A stretch of 64,000 nt of DNA from Alloascoidea hylecoeti (Eukaryota): contig BCKZ01000009.1 of the NCBI GenBank assembly GCA_001600815.1, positions 522,194 through 586,193 on the forward strand, read 5' to 3'. How positions within the stretch are numbered: position 1 is the stretch's first letter; each line of letters starts with the position of its first letter. Both the position numbers and the translations under genes were made by a program. Under the pieces are notes generated by a model. The model saw only the letters and a program-made list of their open reading frames with translations. It was not told the origin of the DNA and did no database searches. This document shows positions 47,003 to 58,854 of the stretch, piece after piece.

Positions 47003-48592
47003 TTATAACAACTTATTCCCTTCCAACATTTCTTCTTCTAATCCACCTTGTAGTCCAATCATTTCATTATCTATATCATCTTCCATGTATAATTTAGTAA
47101 CACCTAAAACAACAATACTCAGTACAACTCCAATTCCATAAAATCTATTAAATATTCCATCAATGAAACCAATATCTAAGGATGCATCAACAAGTAATTT
47201 ATTGATCATAGAATTGGCAACAAAGTCCAATGGTAAGTTACCACGTAATAATAAGGATTGAGAAATCAAATATATTCCAGTGATTTGAGATATAAAAAGA
47301 TTATGTGCAATTGAAAAATAACTACCAACATTATTTTCCTTTTTTGGTTCCAAACTAGAAGGGTATGAATCTGAATTTAGGGAAGATAGAGTATAAGAAT
47401 GTGATGTAGCTCTACTAATAGACCGTAAAGTACTGTTGATAGGACCTAGACTACCAATGAATATACCACCACTTAGACAAAATCCAACTTGTCTAGCTAC
47501 GGAATCGACATCCAATTCGTATCCACTTATTTTTCTAATAATGAATATAATGATATGTGATATTGTGACTGAAATAGCGTCATTGGTCTTTATGACTCTA
47601 TAACTATCATGGTTAGGATGATGTTTGAAATACCAAAGCATTACCAGTAATTTATAACCAATATTCAATATTTTATAGATGCAGTAACAAGAGAAAACAA
47701 AGAAACATAATGCCCAAATTTTTCCAAAAGTAGTCTTTTTTGCGTTTTGTTGTTTGCGTTTCTGTGACATTGTTTGAAGGTCTTGCTGTAAGACGGATAA
47801 CATTTTGGACAATGAAGAAAGTTCCGTCTCTAGGAAATGTCGCTCATCTGCATTATCTGAGCCGGTTAAAGGTGAAGATATAACATCTTTCAAAGAAGAG
47901 TATAACGAGGATGTAGATCTTTTAATTGATTTTGATTGAGGAGAGGGTGAAGAAATATTAGAATATTTTTGGAAATGATCTAGCTCCTGTATACTTTTTA
48001 TCTTTAAATCTCGAAGAGTCTGGATATTTCTGATAGAAGTTTGTAGGCGCAATATATCTGAATCTGTCACAGGCTTTTCCTTTTCTATAAAAGTCTTATA
48101 AGTGGCGGTGATGGAGCCAAAGCCAGACAAAGAGGCCAATGCGGATATGCCAAGAAGAGAGATCCTTGAGATGCACTGGGAGATGAAAGAGTAGTTTGCT
48201 GATTCAGGAAGATGTGTTCCCAGCAGATAAAAGAGAAGCAGCCAAACCAGGAACGCAGACAAAGACAAAATCCTATGCAGTGTGCGCGAGGAGTGCGGGA
48301 ACAGCCCCATGGCCAGGGCCCGGATGATAGCATACGGGGAGACAAAAGTCAGGATCACGACGAGGAGGGAGGTGGTGAGGATCCAGACACTGTGCCTGGT
48401 GGATGAATCAGCCCAGTCTGCTATTTCACACAGCACCAGCTGGATGAAGACGAGGGACAGGGAGATGGTGGAGCAAAACAGGCTTTTGGGGAAGGACATC
48501 TCACGATCACGGAGGGAGCCCGTGGAGTACAGGGCACGTGTCCACAGGCAGCCGAAGACAAACGAGGCCGCAAAGTAGCATCCGGCCAGCAT
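47003..48592 (-). CDS. Golgi pH regulator / GPR89-family membrane protein
   Basis: About 9 TM segments; LVLCEI, RISLLGISALASLSGFGSI, central coiled coil, YCIYKI. Confidence 0.85.
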   Translation of the reverse strand: MLAGCYFAASFVFGCLWTRALYSTGSLRDREMSFPKSLFCSTISLSLVFIQLVLCEIADWADSSTRHSVWILTTSLLVVILTFVSPYAIIRALAMGLFPHSSRTLHRILSLSAFLVWLLLFYLLGTHLPESANYSFISQCISRISLLGISALASLSGFGSITATYKTFIEKEKPVTDSDILRLQTSIRNIQTLRDLKIKSIQELDHFQKYSNISSPSPQSKSIKRSTSSLYSSLKDVISSPLTGSDNADERHFLETELSSLSKMLSVLQQDLQTMSQKRKQQNAKKTTFGKIWALCFFVFSCYCIYKILNIGYKLLVMLWYFKHHPNHDSYRVIKTNDAISVTISHIIIFIIRKISGYELDVDSVARQVGFCLSGGIFIGSLGPINSTLRSISRATSHSYTLSSLNSDSYPSSLEPKKENNVGSYFSIAHNLFISQITGIYLISQSLLLRGNLPLDFVANSMINKLLVDASLDIGFIDGIFNRFYGIGVVLSIVVLGVTKLYMEDDIDNEMIGLQGGLEEEMLEGNKLL

Positions 48593-48691
48593 CTTTAGAT
48601 GTTCAGTTGGTTGATATTACAGGTAGATGAACGGGTGGACTGCCGGAAATATTATTGCACCCAAACATCCTTCTTTCCTCTACCGTTCCCA

Positions 48692-49513
48692 ATGAACTCC
48701 AACAACCCCTTCAGGTCGCTCGTTAAGCCGTCTAGCTCCAATAACCCTTTCGACGAGGATGTGAAGCCCAAGTCCTCCTCCTCTCGCCGTCCCCACAGGT
48801 CGGACAGATCCCGATCGGAAAAAGACAAAGACGGGAAACGTTCTGAGAAAAAATCATCCAGGCACAGACACCACAAACACAAAAAAGAAGGCGCACCTCT
48901 GGACACCGTCGACAAACTAGACGTCACTGGGTTTTTCACTGGAGGCACTTTCCACCACGATGGCCCTTTCGATGCCTGTACTCCTCACAGAAATAAGAAC
49001 CAGGTGAAGGCTCCTGTTAATGCTTTTCCTATTGATGGTCCCAATACTTCTTTAAAAGGCGGACTGGATGTTACTGAGGATCCTGTGGCTATAGCCATCC
49101 ACGGTACTGACAACTCGGGGGGTTCATTTCTCGAGGGATCAGTCGCCGCCCAGTCAGTGGTGATCGACGATGCCAAACAGGCCTTTAAACGACAAGAATT
49201 GGGTAGAAAGAAGTCTATTGCTAGATTCATTAGTAGAAAGGATCACTCAGCTCCCCCACCACCACCTCCTCCAAGAATTAATTACAAAGAAATGTCCCGC
49301 GGGAAATCCTCAGAAAGGCGTTCATTCTCTGATGACGATTCCTGGGATGGATCTGATGATGATGTTGACCGTGGTGAAAGGCTACGTACTACTACATCTT
49401 ATGGCAATACTATTGAATCCAATCACAGAAAGCCTCCCGTTCCCCCACAAGCTCAATCATTACTTGGACGAATGAAAACCATGAAAGCGGGATCTGGAAA
49501 AAGATTGTTATAG
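48692..49513 (+). CDS. PAL1: Pal1-family endocytic/morphology protein
   Basis: NPF motifs; DTVDKLDVTG..GGTFHHDGPFDACTPHRN. Confidence 0.88.
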   Translation: MNSNNPFRSLVKPSSSNNPFDEDVKPKSSSSRRPHRSDRSRSEKDKDGKRSEKKSSRHRHHKHKKEGAPLDTVDKLDVTGFFTGGTFHHDGPFDACTPHRNKNQVKAPVNAFPIDGPNTSLKGGLDVTEDPVAIAIHGTDNSGGSFLEGSVAAQSVVIDDAKQAFKRQELGRKKSIARFISRKDHSAPPPPPPPRINYKEMSRGKSSERRSFSDDDSWDGSDDDVDRGERLRTTTSYGNTIESNHRKPPVPPQAQSLLGRMKTMKAGSGKRLL

Positions 49514-50252
49514 ACTGGCTATACATTATTCTGTTTGTTTGTCTTCGGCTAATGCTGATTGGTGTTTGCATTTTGGGGCCCATTTTTTATCCGAATATCA
49601 ACTTATAATTATATTTGACATGCCCCATACTTGGGAGCATTTATTTACTTTACTTTTTGACATAGTTGGGATCCTCTTGTCCTTTATTATGACATGGTCA
49701 TATGGTTATAAAATTCATTGTCGATCTCTTGACAAACATATAAAGTCCTCATAATTATATATACCTTGCATATCCTAATCTAATATTCATTTTTCAAAAC
49801 ACATAAGTTTTCAAACTTATGTTTATATTTTTAAAAACTATTATTAATTATTTTATTTTATGTCATCATCTTTATACATTTACATTTTTTTTGATATTTG
49901 GAAAGGCTGATGTTGAAAGACAATAATTAATAATCTCTATACTATTATCTCAATTCAACAAAATTAATATAACAGGCGTATTTATCTTATAAAATTAGTA
50001 GATTAATATACCTAAACCTACAGTTTTTGTTTAATTTTATTGTTGTTTATTGCCTTCTCTTTTTGTTTCTTTGCTTATTAATAGAATTAAAATCAATTGT
50101 CAACATTATATAAGTTTAACTGTATTCAATTAAATATTTTATTCTACTAATATTGTTCAACATATTGATTGACTATAACATGATTCAAGTAAGTGTATCT
50201 ATGTACAAATGAGAGATACTAAAGTCATTAAAAACTATTTACTATTTTATCT

Positions 50253-51242
50253 TTACAACGATGTACCAACAGTAAATTTAGGTAATCTTTTATCAACAAC
50301 ACTCCAATCAATACAATTCCAAACATTTTCCAAGTATCGTTCTTTTCCAAAAAATCCATAATCAGGAACATAAGCATTTTCACCAACGTTAATAGCTAAC
50401 ACTGGAATTAGTGGAGATTTTGGGAAATGTTTTCCTTCCTCTATGCTACTTAACCCAGTTTCATTAGAATCATCGAATTTACCTTGTTGTTTGAATTCAC
50501 TTAATTGACCTCCTCTGATGGCATCATTTGGATAACCAGCATTATATGTATTTATAATTGCTAAACCATCAAAGATTAAATTACGATGGGTGTGATTTGC
50601 TGCTAATGGTCCAACAGCAACGACCCAAACCCATCCATTACCAAATATAGATAATCCTGAATTAATTAATAATGTACGAAATTCAGCAACTGATCCAAAT
50701 GATTCAACAATTAAATTTTTCAAAGGTGTTGAATCTTTTTTTAAACTGATCTCTGGTGGTTCATTTGGGAATTCCAAATCTAATGATGGATTTGCTAATA
50801 AAGCCTCTGGTCCTGGTTTAGTAACCACTTTTACAGCTTCTTCATCACTAAGTACCGAATTTTTCAACGCATTGAAGTAAAATAAATTATTGTCTGCTTG
50901 TGTTGCGTAATTATTAATTAAAACTTGGTCTGGATTCTTAGCGGTTAGTTCAATCAAAGATTCTAGTGAAAAAGAATCAAGTTCTTTTGATTCTTGAATG
51001 AATGAATTCACATTATGAATTAGCATTGATTGATAATCTGTCCATGCTGATTTGAGACCTTCATCCGAATATAATCCTTTAACTCCAGGTATATTTGCAC
51101 GACGATTATACTCGAGTAATTCAATGTTTGTAACTGTATGAATAAGTCTTTCCGATAAAGATTGACGAGTTAAACTCGGAAATGAGCTTAGCTTTGTCAA
51201 CTGTGTTCGTTTTATTCCAACATTTCTGAAGATAGGAAGCAT
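50253..51242 (-). CDS. MRP1: SOD-fold mitochondrial small-subunit ribosomal protein mS43
   Basis: KGLYS.EGL..AW, GPEALL..P....NEP, FGNGWVW, YLENVWNCIDW; SOD metal ligands not evident. Confidence 0.8.
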   Translation of the reverse strand: MLPIFRNVGIKRTQLTKLSSFPSLTRQSLSERLIHTVTNIELLEYNRRANIPGVKGLYSDEGLKSAWTDYQSMLIHNVNSFIQESKELDSFSLESLIELTAKNPDQVLINNYATQADNNLFYFNALKNSVLSDEEAVKVVTKPGPEALLANPSLDLEFPNEPPEISLKKDSTPLKNLIVESFGSVAEFRTLLINSGLSIFGNGWVWVVAVGPLAANHTHRNLIFDGLAIINTYNAGYPNDAIRGGQLSEFKQQGKFDDSNETGLSSIEEGKHFPKSPLIPVLAINVGENAYVPDYGFFGKERYLENVWNCIDWSVVDKRLPKFTVGTSL

Positions 51243-51850
51243 CTTTCAATCGATTTAGTAGCTATTTTTAATGCCTGGTCCCAATTTTTCATGAAGATTT
51301 GTACGTGAAGAAATGGTATGATATATACGCCGTCGGTTCTAGATTTACTAATACACAAGCCTTTAATCAAAAAATAAAATTAAATAGACCGTTGCTTCTT
51401 TATTAACGTGCCAATTTTCATTAAATAAATTTAAGCCCATCATTACAATAGTGACTAGTCATATGCCTTTATAAATAATTTTAGAAGTGATAACGTTACA
51501 CTTAGCGTTAAGTCTTATTTGCTTTAAGAGCTGCCCCATGTCTCTTATTTGGACTTCTTTTCCTATCAATTTACTCATTATAGGTTTAGCTGAAAAACTC
51601 ATGAAAATTAACGACCATCAGAAATCTTGAGTTAGATTAATCAAAATTCCAAACTAAATTTAACATTCCTAGAAAGCAGCACCGACATTGGTAAGATAAT
51701 ATTGATAGCCTATATCTAGACTATTTAGGCCTATATATAAACCACCCGAGAAAAAAATAGAAAAGAAATTTCGAAAAAGTCGGATCTCGGATACCAAAAA
51801 GAAAGTGTCAGTTTTAAGAAGTTAATATATCCCTCGCCAATTGGACCGGC

Positions 51851-51888
51851 ATACAATAAATAGATTGATATACAATAAATAGATTGAT
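51851..51888 (+). repeat. 19-bp perfect tandem duplication
   Basis: ATACAATAAATAGATTGAT x2. Confidence 0.9.
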
Positions 51889-51904
51889 TAAAGAAGAATA
51901 TATT

Positions 51905-54476
51905 TTAATTGAATTTAACTTTTACTGCTCGAGGTATTTGGGAGTCTGATTCCAAGCTCATACTCGGAGAGCGAGGACGTTTTCCAAGTTTTGAAGTTTT
52001 AACAGGTGATGCCGCTGATTTTATATTTAGCTCTTGTATTCGTTGACTATAAGGAGAAGATTCCGTATCTGTTTGGGGATCCTCTATATCAGCATTGATG
52101 ATTTGTCTAACCTTATCTAACTCATCCATGGAGAATTTAACAACTTCTGAAACTATTCTGTCTGTTACACCAGTTCCATAATCAGCCATTTCAATCGAAT
52201 TTTTTCCACTAGTATTATCGTCATCACATTGTCCTAGTTTCGTAACAATATCATCCAATTCTCTCTGGTTTGCCTGTAGGTTATCGCGTACCAAATTCAT
52301 TTGCTTTGCACTGCACTGTTGAAGAGTTTCACCTTGACTGTCTATTTGATTTCCATAGACACTTAGTTTTTCTGTAATTCTAGCATTACTCTTTGCATCA
52401 TGCTCCTTTATTATATGTGTGACTTGTTTTAGAAGCGCTTCCCTTTCCTTTTCACGATCCTTTGCTTCATCTTGGGCAAATTTCATTAGATCCACCCTTG
52501 TACCAGACATAGATTTCACTACACTGTTTATACCTACCTCCATGTGTTTTAATAATTCAGACTGTTTACTTAATTGGATGGTCAGCTTACTGCTAAGCTC
52601 TTTGTCGACAATACTCAATAAATCAGATGATACTTTGCCTTGTGTATCATCTAGAATTTTTTTGATTACTTCTCCCAATTTTGTTCGAGTGGGTGTTTCG
52701 ATAGCATTAACATTTTTAATAGATTCATCAATTGCTCCTCTTAAACTTTGTAGCATAAAATACTGCTGTTTAATAAGTTCATCAACATGTCCACTGAATT
52801 CTTCAGCAATTTTTCTCTCTTGTGATATTATGTCTCCCATTTCTTCTTTTAGTTGGACGATTTGTTGCTCTCTACTTTCAACAGCTTGTGTCATACTTTC
52901 TATCTTTAAGTCTTGCATTTCCAGCCTTTGACTCAATTCTTCAACTTTGCTACCCCGTATTTCGTAGTCCGACATCAATTCCTTATAGTTATCTTCATGA
53001 AGGACAATCCCGTTGTTTTGTCTCATGGCATCATAATTTTTCATCGTTTTAGTTATTTCAAGTGCCATTTCTTTTAGTAAAACATTTTTCATTACCTGTG
53101 AGTTATACTGAGGCTTATTCTGAATACTTTTTGCCCTAATAGCATACTCTAAAGTACTGATTGTTTCTTCCAAGTTCAATCTGGCTGGACTAATTGCTAC
53201 AATAATCGTGGTTCTCGTTTTTCCCCCTAGTGAGTCCTGTAATATACGAGTAAGTTTTGACTCTCTATATGGTATATGATGCATTTTTGCCGCTGATTCG
53301 TTTTCTTTATTACTATCATCATTAGAATTTCGAGATTCCTCAATGTTTGATAATAGATTAATTACTTTCCCAAGAGTCAGTAGACTCTGGTTTATCATTC
53401 CAGCCTCTTTGGCTCTTTTATTTATGGCACCAGATGTCTTCACATTTTCAGAACCTGCTAAATCCACCAAGTTAAGTTTTGCAAAACGGTATAATTCTTC
53501 ATTTGCAGATTCGGGTATTATATTAGATTGTTTGTTGGCTTTGACATATAAAGTAATTGTGAAAATTGTATGTGATCGACTTGAAAAATCATTCATTTTC
53601 GTTGCAGCGACATGCCTTCGTTTTATTCCTCTTTGAAAGACTTGCAAAGCTTCAGAAGTTGAAGTTATGAATCTTTCTTTTAATCCATTAATAATGATGT
53701 TTCCTCCTGTGGTAGCTCCAGAATCTGGCGCAGTCTTGTTATTATTCTTACTTGTTACTGATTTTTTCACGCTTGGTCGGGTTCCAAATTTCCTTATGCT
53801 CCTAGTATTAGTGTTTGTTTTGGGGACTGAATTCTCTTCAAATATTCGTAGGTTAGGTCGCAGTATCTTTCGTCTTGAATCATTATTTTTAGGTAGATCT
53901 TCCGCTAATAAATCCCGAAGTTCTTCATTGTAAAGCTCCAAGAAGGAGCATTTTACCACGTAATCGGAATATTCTGTCTCTTTCTCCTTCCTCTTCAATT
54001 CTGTAAAAAGTTTGTTTAAAACACGAGGAATGATACCAGCGTTAGGTGAAATCGAACCATTAAGTTGGTTTTCTTCACCAGACATTGTATAACTAGTAAT
54101 GAACAATTGATGATTAGAATAGAGTTTATATATATGGTTTGAGCTGGACTTACGTTTTTCCAGCACCAGTTTGGCCATAAGCAAATATGGTACAATTTAT
54201 ACCAGATAAAAAGTCTAGAAAGATCGGCTCCACAACTCCCTGAAATACCTCTTCTTGTGTGCTGGTGCTTCCATAGACTCGATCAAGCTTATAAACTTTG
54301 GGGTGATTATTAGCAGCAGCAGCATCATTAGCTGGAAGCTTAATGCGCACTTCGTTAGAATTACCAATATCTATCGCGACATCACTACCAGATTCAATTT
54401 CTCTCTTGTTCTGGCCTCTACACCGAAGCACCACGTTTATTTTTGAGCCACGAACGCCTTTTCCAACTGCAGACAT
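51905..54476 (-). CDS. Kinesin-5 (Cin8/Kip1/BimC-like); intron 54153-54093
   Basis: INVVLRCR, AYGQTGAGKT/YTM, SSRSH, LVDLAGSEN, HIPYRESKLTRILQDSLGG, coiled-coil stalk. Confidence 0.92.
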
Positions 54477-54690
54477 TTACCGTATTAATTAATATGAATA
54501 TAAATATGAAAATAATGGATTTCGCGTTGTTTGAAATTTTCTTTATTAATTGAAGATGTAGTTGTAAACATATTATGGTTGTCGTAGTAACAATGTATGA
54601 TGTAGCACCCATACACCCGTTACTTGGGAAAATACACAACTTTCGAGATAATACTCCTTTCTTGTTGTTTTTTGGAATCTACCAATTGAA

Positions 54691-55237
54691 ATGTCTGGTG
54701 GAAAAGGTAAAGGTAAAGGTAAAGGTAAAACAGCATCCCAAGATGGAGGCTCCAAATCTCAATCCCACTCAGCAAAAGCTGGCTTAATATTTCCTGTCGG
54801 AAGAATAAAACGTTTTTTGAAAAAGTCATCGCAAAGCAAGGCACGCGTTGGAGCAAAAGGTTAGTTGATCAATTTAACTTATAAGTAAGACATGATCAAT
54901 TTTGAAACTGTCTACTAATCTCATGAATCTATAGCTGCAATTTACCTCACTGGTGTTTTGGAATATCTTACGGCTGAAGTCTTGGAGTTGGCTGGCAATG
55001 CCGCTAAAGATCTTAAGGTTAAAAGAATATCCCCTCGTCATTTACAATTGGCAATTCGCGGTGATGAAGAACTAGACTCCTTGATCAGAGCTACAATTGC
55101 ATATGGTGGTGTTTTACCACACATCAATCAAGTATGTAACATGTTAATGATTTTTGTTACGCGTCGTTTTGAACTAAACTAACTCCGTTCAATAGGCTCT
55201 ATTATTAAAGGTGGAAAAGAAAAAACCAAAATTGTAA
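54691..55237 (+). CDS. HTZ1: Histone variant H2A.Z; exons 54691-54859, 54935-55131, 55196-55237 (135 aa)
   Basis: [46 protein letters not shown], two GT-AG introns. Confidence 0.96.
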
Positions 55238-56383
55238 ACCTTTGGAATCTGTTTCTCTTTCTACTTGTCTTTTTTGAATAGGATCCGATGATTTTGAAAT
55301 CATATAATTTTCGAGCGTCTTTATATATCGATTTTTGTATTTTTTTATGGTTCCACTCGATGTATTATTATTTGTTGGTTTGTGGCGACACTTAATATAT
55401 TTTGTAACATACTTAATAAAATATATAAGTTGCTTAAAACTGTTTATTGTATTATTATATTATAATTAATATTGAACTTTCTGCCGTATAACAACATAGC
55501 TACGCGTATTGATAAGTAATAATTCTATCATACAAATACTATATGTGCTAGATCTACGTAAGGCTGCGGCTGTGGTTTAGATGGAGCTTAGAAGAACCAG
55601 AAATTCATATACTCTAGATCACAATTACTGGAGCTTCTACCTAGTGTTGAGTTAATGAATCGATGCTTATGTAGCGCAATCATTATGTCAATTCCAAACG
55701 AATATGTATGATACATCTATGATCTAGCTATAAGTTCTTATATATACCTATAATACTATCTGTGCAACGTCATTTCTGTACCTAGATTTTATAATAATTT
55801 CTAGATATAAACTTATATTACTTTCTAATTTATTGACAGACCTTAAACTTAAACATACCGCTACTAAGATACTACCAATATATTATAGTCATAATTAGAT
55901 TCTATAGATATCTATAATCATGAATAAACTTTCATGGTGATCGTTTCTAAATCATCCATTACTAACTCTCAACGCATTTAATTAGCATTTATAATTAATT
56001 ATTCACACAAATCTTGAAACTCTAAAACCATTATGAATTTGCATTGTGATATTCAAATTGTTATTTCTTCAGGTTTTGCCAAGGCCTATATGGAAACAGC
56101 AGACATTTTCTATCTTATATTAGCTATATCTTTATCAATGTTGACATTGAACTCAAGCTTAAGGGTATTTAAAAAAATCTATACTCTTGGTGTAGCACTA
56201 TTTATGTAGGTAAACACATAAGTATCTTTGTGTCGTCTTCGATGAATTTTAACTCATTTCTTATAATTTGTTATATAATTGTAATGGCGTTTGGGATTGA
56301 TAGCTATAAAGCACAACCTTATAATTATTAATTTCGTAGATACATGTATTAATATTAATATTAATCGAATGAACATACAGACC

Positions 56384-56417
56384 ATAGTTACAAACAATGT
56401 ATAGTTACAAACAATGT
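56384..56417 (+). repeat. 17-bp perfect tandem duplication
   Basis: ATAGTTACAAACAATGT x2. Confidence 0.9.
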
Positions 56418-57826
56418 GGAAGAGAAATGAAATATTATTATAGAATTCCGCATATATTATAACTATATATTCATAACCAAACCATAAGATGTAGCAAATA
56501 ATGTATATGATGGCTTATCTTCTACAAGATCCATATATGATAGCTGCGGGTTGAAAGACTAATTGAATAGGGAAAATTTGATCTAGCTCGTATATTTAAT
56601 TGCAATTAATTGCAAGCTTGAGCAAAATACGACAGATAGGCACATGTGCATGACCTATACATTTACATAAGAGACAAAAAAACTGTATTATTTTGCACAA
56701 GGTTTTTATATAAATTAGGTATTATACTGGATCAGAACTCATCTCTTTTTCTCCGTGTCATCCGATAACTACAGACATAGAAATTTAAATTATAATTATT
56801 TATGCATATGGTAGACTCTGATCTAGATATCGATTATTTATGGTTCTATTAGAAAACTAGATCTCACCCTAACCCGAATTTCACTCAAAACATTAATTGA
56901 GCTATAAACATTAGTTCTTATCATGATGAGAAAAACGAAAAAAATAAAAAAAGAAAGGACTTGAGCGTAATTTTCATATATTCAACGACGATCATGAAAT
57001 ACAAACACAAACACGAAATAATAATAATGAAATTGTAAGACAACAGTGCAACTAAAATTTAAAAGATCATGTTAAAAGGATGAACCTTAATATTTATTGT
57101 TGGAATCAGAAAAGTCACGTATGTTGATGTTGTAGCACTTCCAGGGGTCTAAATGTTATAAACGAACCAACGGGTAATACCTTAAGCTTGCCTTTGGCAC
57201 ATATTAATATCAGTTGATCATGAAAGTCTGGTGTTGTATTGAAAATAAAATCGTTAAATAATATCATCTTGTAATTGGTTCGCTAATAGCCCTTAACATT
57301 GGGTCCATAACTTAAATCAAATACTAAATTGAGTAAGAGACTGATGAATGTATCAATTAATACGAATGAGCTCGGTAACTTCAATTAAATTCTATAAATC
57401 CTGTTAGATACTTCTCCAGAGCGCCGCTACCATGAGATAATTCAGATTTAATATGATCTGTATTATCAATTACCAGATCTTTACCAGCATTTATAATTGT
57501 TGTAAGCATTTCCATTGGCTTATCAAACTTCTTATTAAACTTGTCTGATAATTCGTTAAACTTATCGTCTACCATTTTATAACAGATAAATTTTATTTAT
57601 CTCAAGTTCATGTTTTTTTTTACTCCATATATTTCTAACTGATTCTCAACCTTCATGCGCCTATATCAATATGTGGATAAACTGTCAGTCTGTACTACTC
57701 TGCAGTCAATTCAATTGTGTGTTACATCTATATTAACCACACCTATATTATAAACTTATTCAAATGGTTATTACTAAACATATAAGGATTAATTTACTGA
57801 TTATAATGATCACTAATATCTATACC

Positions 57827-58460
57827 TTAGGATTTAACATCAAATTGATCAAGAACTCCCCGCTTCACAATGGGGGGTGTGTATTCTTCTTGTATTATAT
57901 GTTCATCTTCTAATTTTTTTCGTAGCCAATTAATTTCGTCTTGTAGTGTTATTATATCACCTTCGAGCATTTCCCTTTTTATGGATTCATTTGTTTTTGA
58001 TTTAACGGTTTCGTATGATATGAGAAACCCAGCAACACCACTATAAATATATATATTAAGTTGTTAAAAAAACGCAATTGATATTATCTTTAGTATTAAC
58101 TAGATACTCACAAAATTAAAATTTCAGTGATAAACCCTGAGAAGTTTTCAAGGGCAGTGAAATCATTAAGAGGTTTGATGGAGCCGGAAGTAATTGGCTG
58201 ACCTTTCATGGCCATCTCTAGCATTGTATCAATTCTATATAACCTTTGGGCAAACCTAATACACGACCGTTTGAACTTTGGATATTTCTCTGCTTGTACT
58301 CTAAATAATGACTAATGATAATTCAAGAAAACCAAGACGAAATTTGAGCATATCGAATGGTTAGTTGTGAGCAATAAAATCAAAAACTCTTACATACGAC
58401 AATAGGTCTTGTTACTTGTTTCACCATCAACGTTGTTAATCTTATGGTTATACTGCTCAT
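57827..58460 (-). CDS. OPA3-family mitochondrial protein; exons 58460-58398, 58311-58112, 58040-57827 (158 aa)
   Basis: Spliced: MSSITIRLTTLMVKQVTRPIV/SLFRVQAEKYPKFKRSCIRFAQ...IKPLND..ALE....FITEILIFGVAG.LI.YE plus coiled coil; GTATGT and GTGAGT donors; alternative in-frame ATG at 58544; absent from the ORF track. Confidence 0.85.
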
Positions 58461-58854
58461 ACGAGAATATCTAGATGGCCTAATTAATGTGATCCAGCCC
58501 AAAGGACCGGCACGAAGTTTAAATAATCGAAATGGTTTCGGCATTTATTTGTGATTGAAAGTAGAAGTTGAACAAACTGTGATTTGAAATAATGAATGTT
58601 AGCTATAGCTCGGCGATTACAATATTAGTTAACGTTGGTAGAAAGAACTCTTTGGATGGAGTAAAACAACCCACAAGTTAACAAGGAGATATATGCAATT
58701 ACATAAGGATAATTTTAATTGCAGTAAGGAAAGACCCCAATTGGTGCCTGACATACATTTAGTTGACTAAAACAGTCAATTGTTATATGCTTCTTAACAT
58801 TAATATTCATATGCACTGGATTAATTAATTACACATTCGTCTATAAAGGATTCC

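Noticed and set aside
52419..52931. Long antisense ORFs in kinesin, PKH, ALE1 and ProRS
   Set aside because: Typical shadow ORFs opposite real genes
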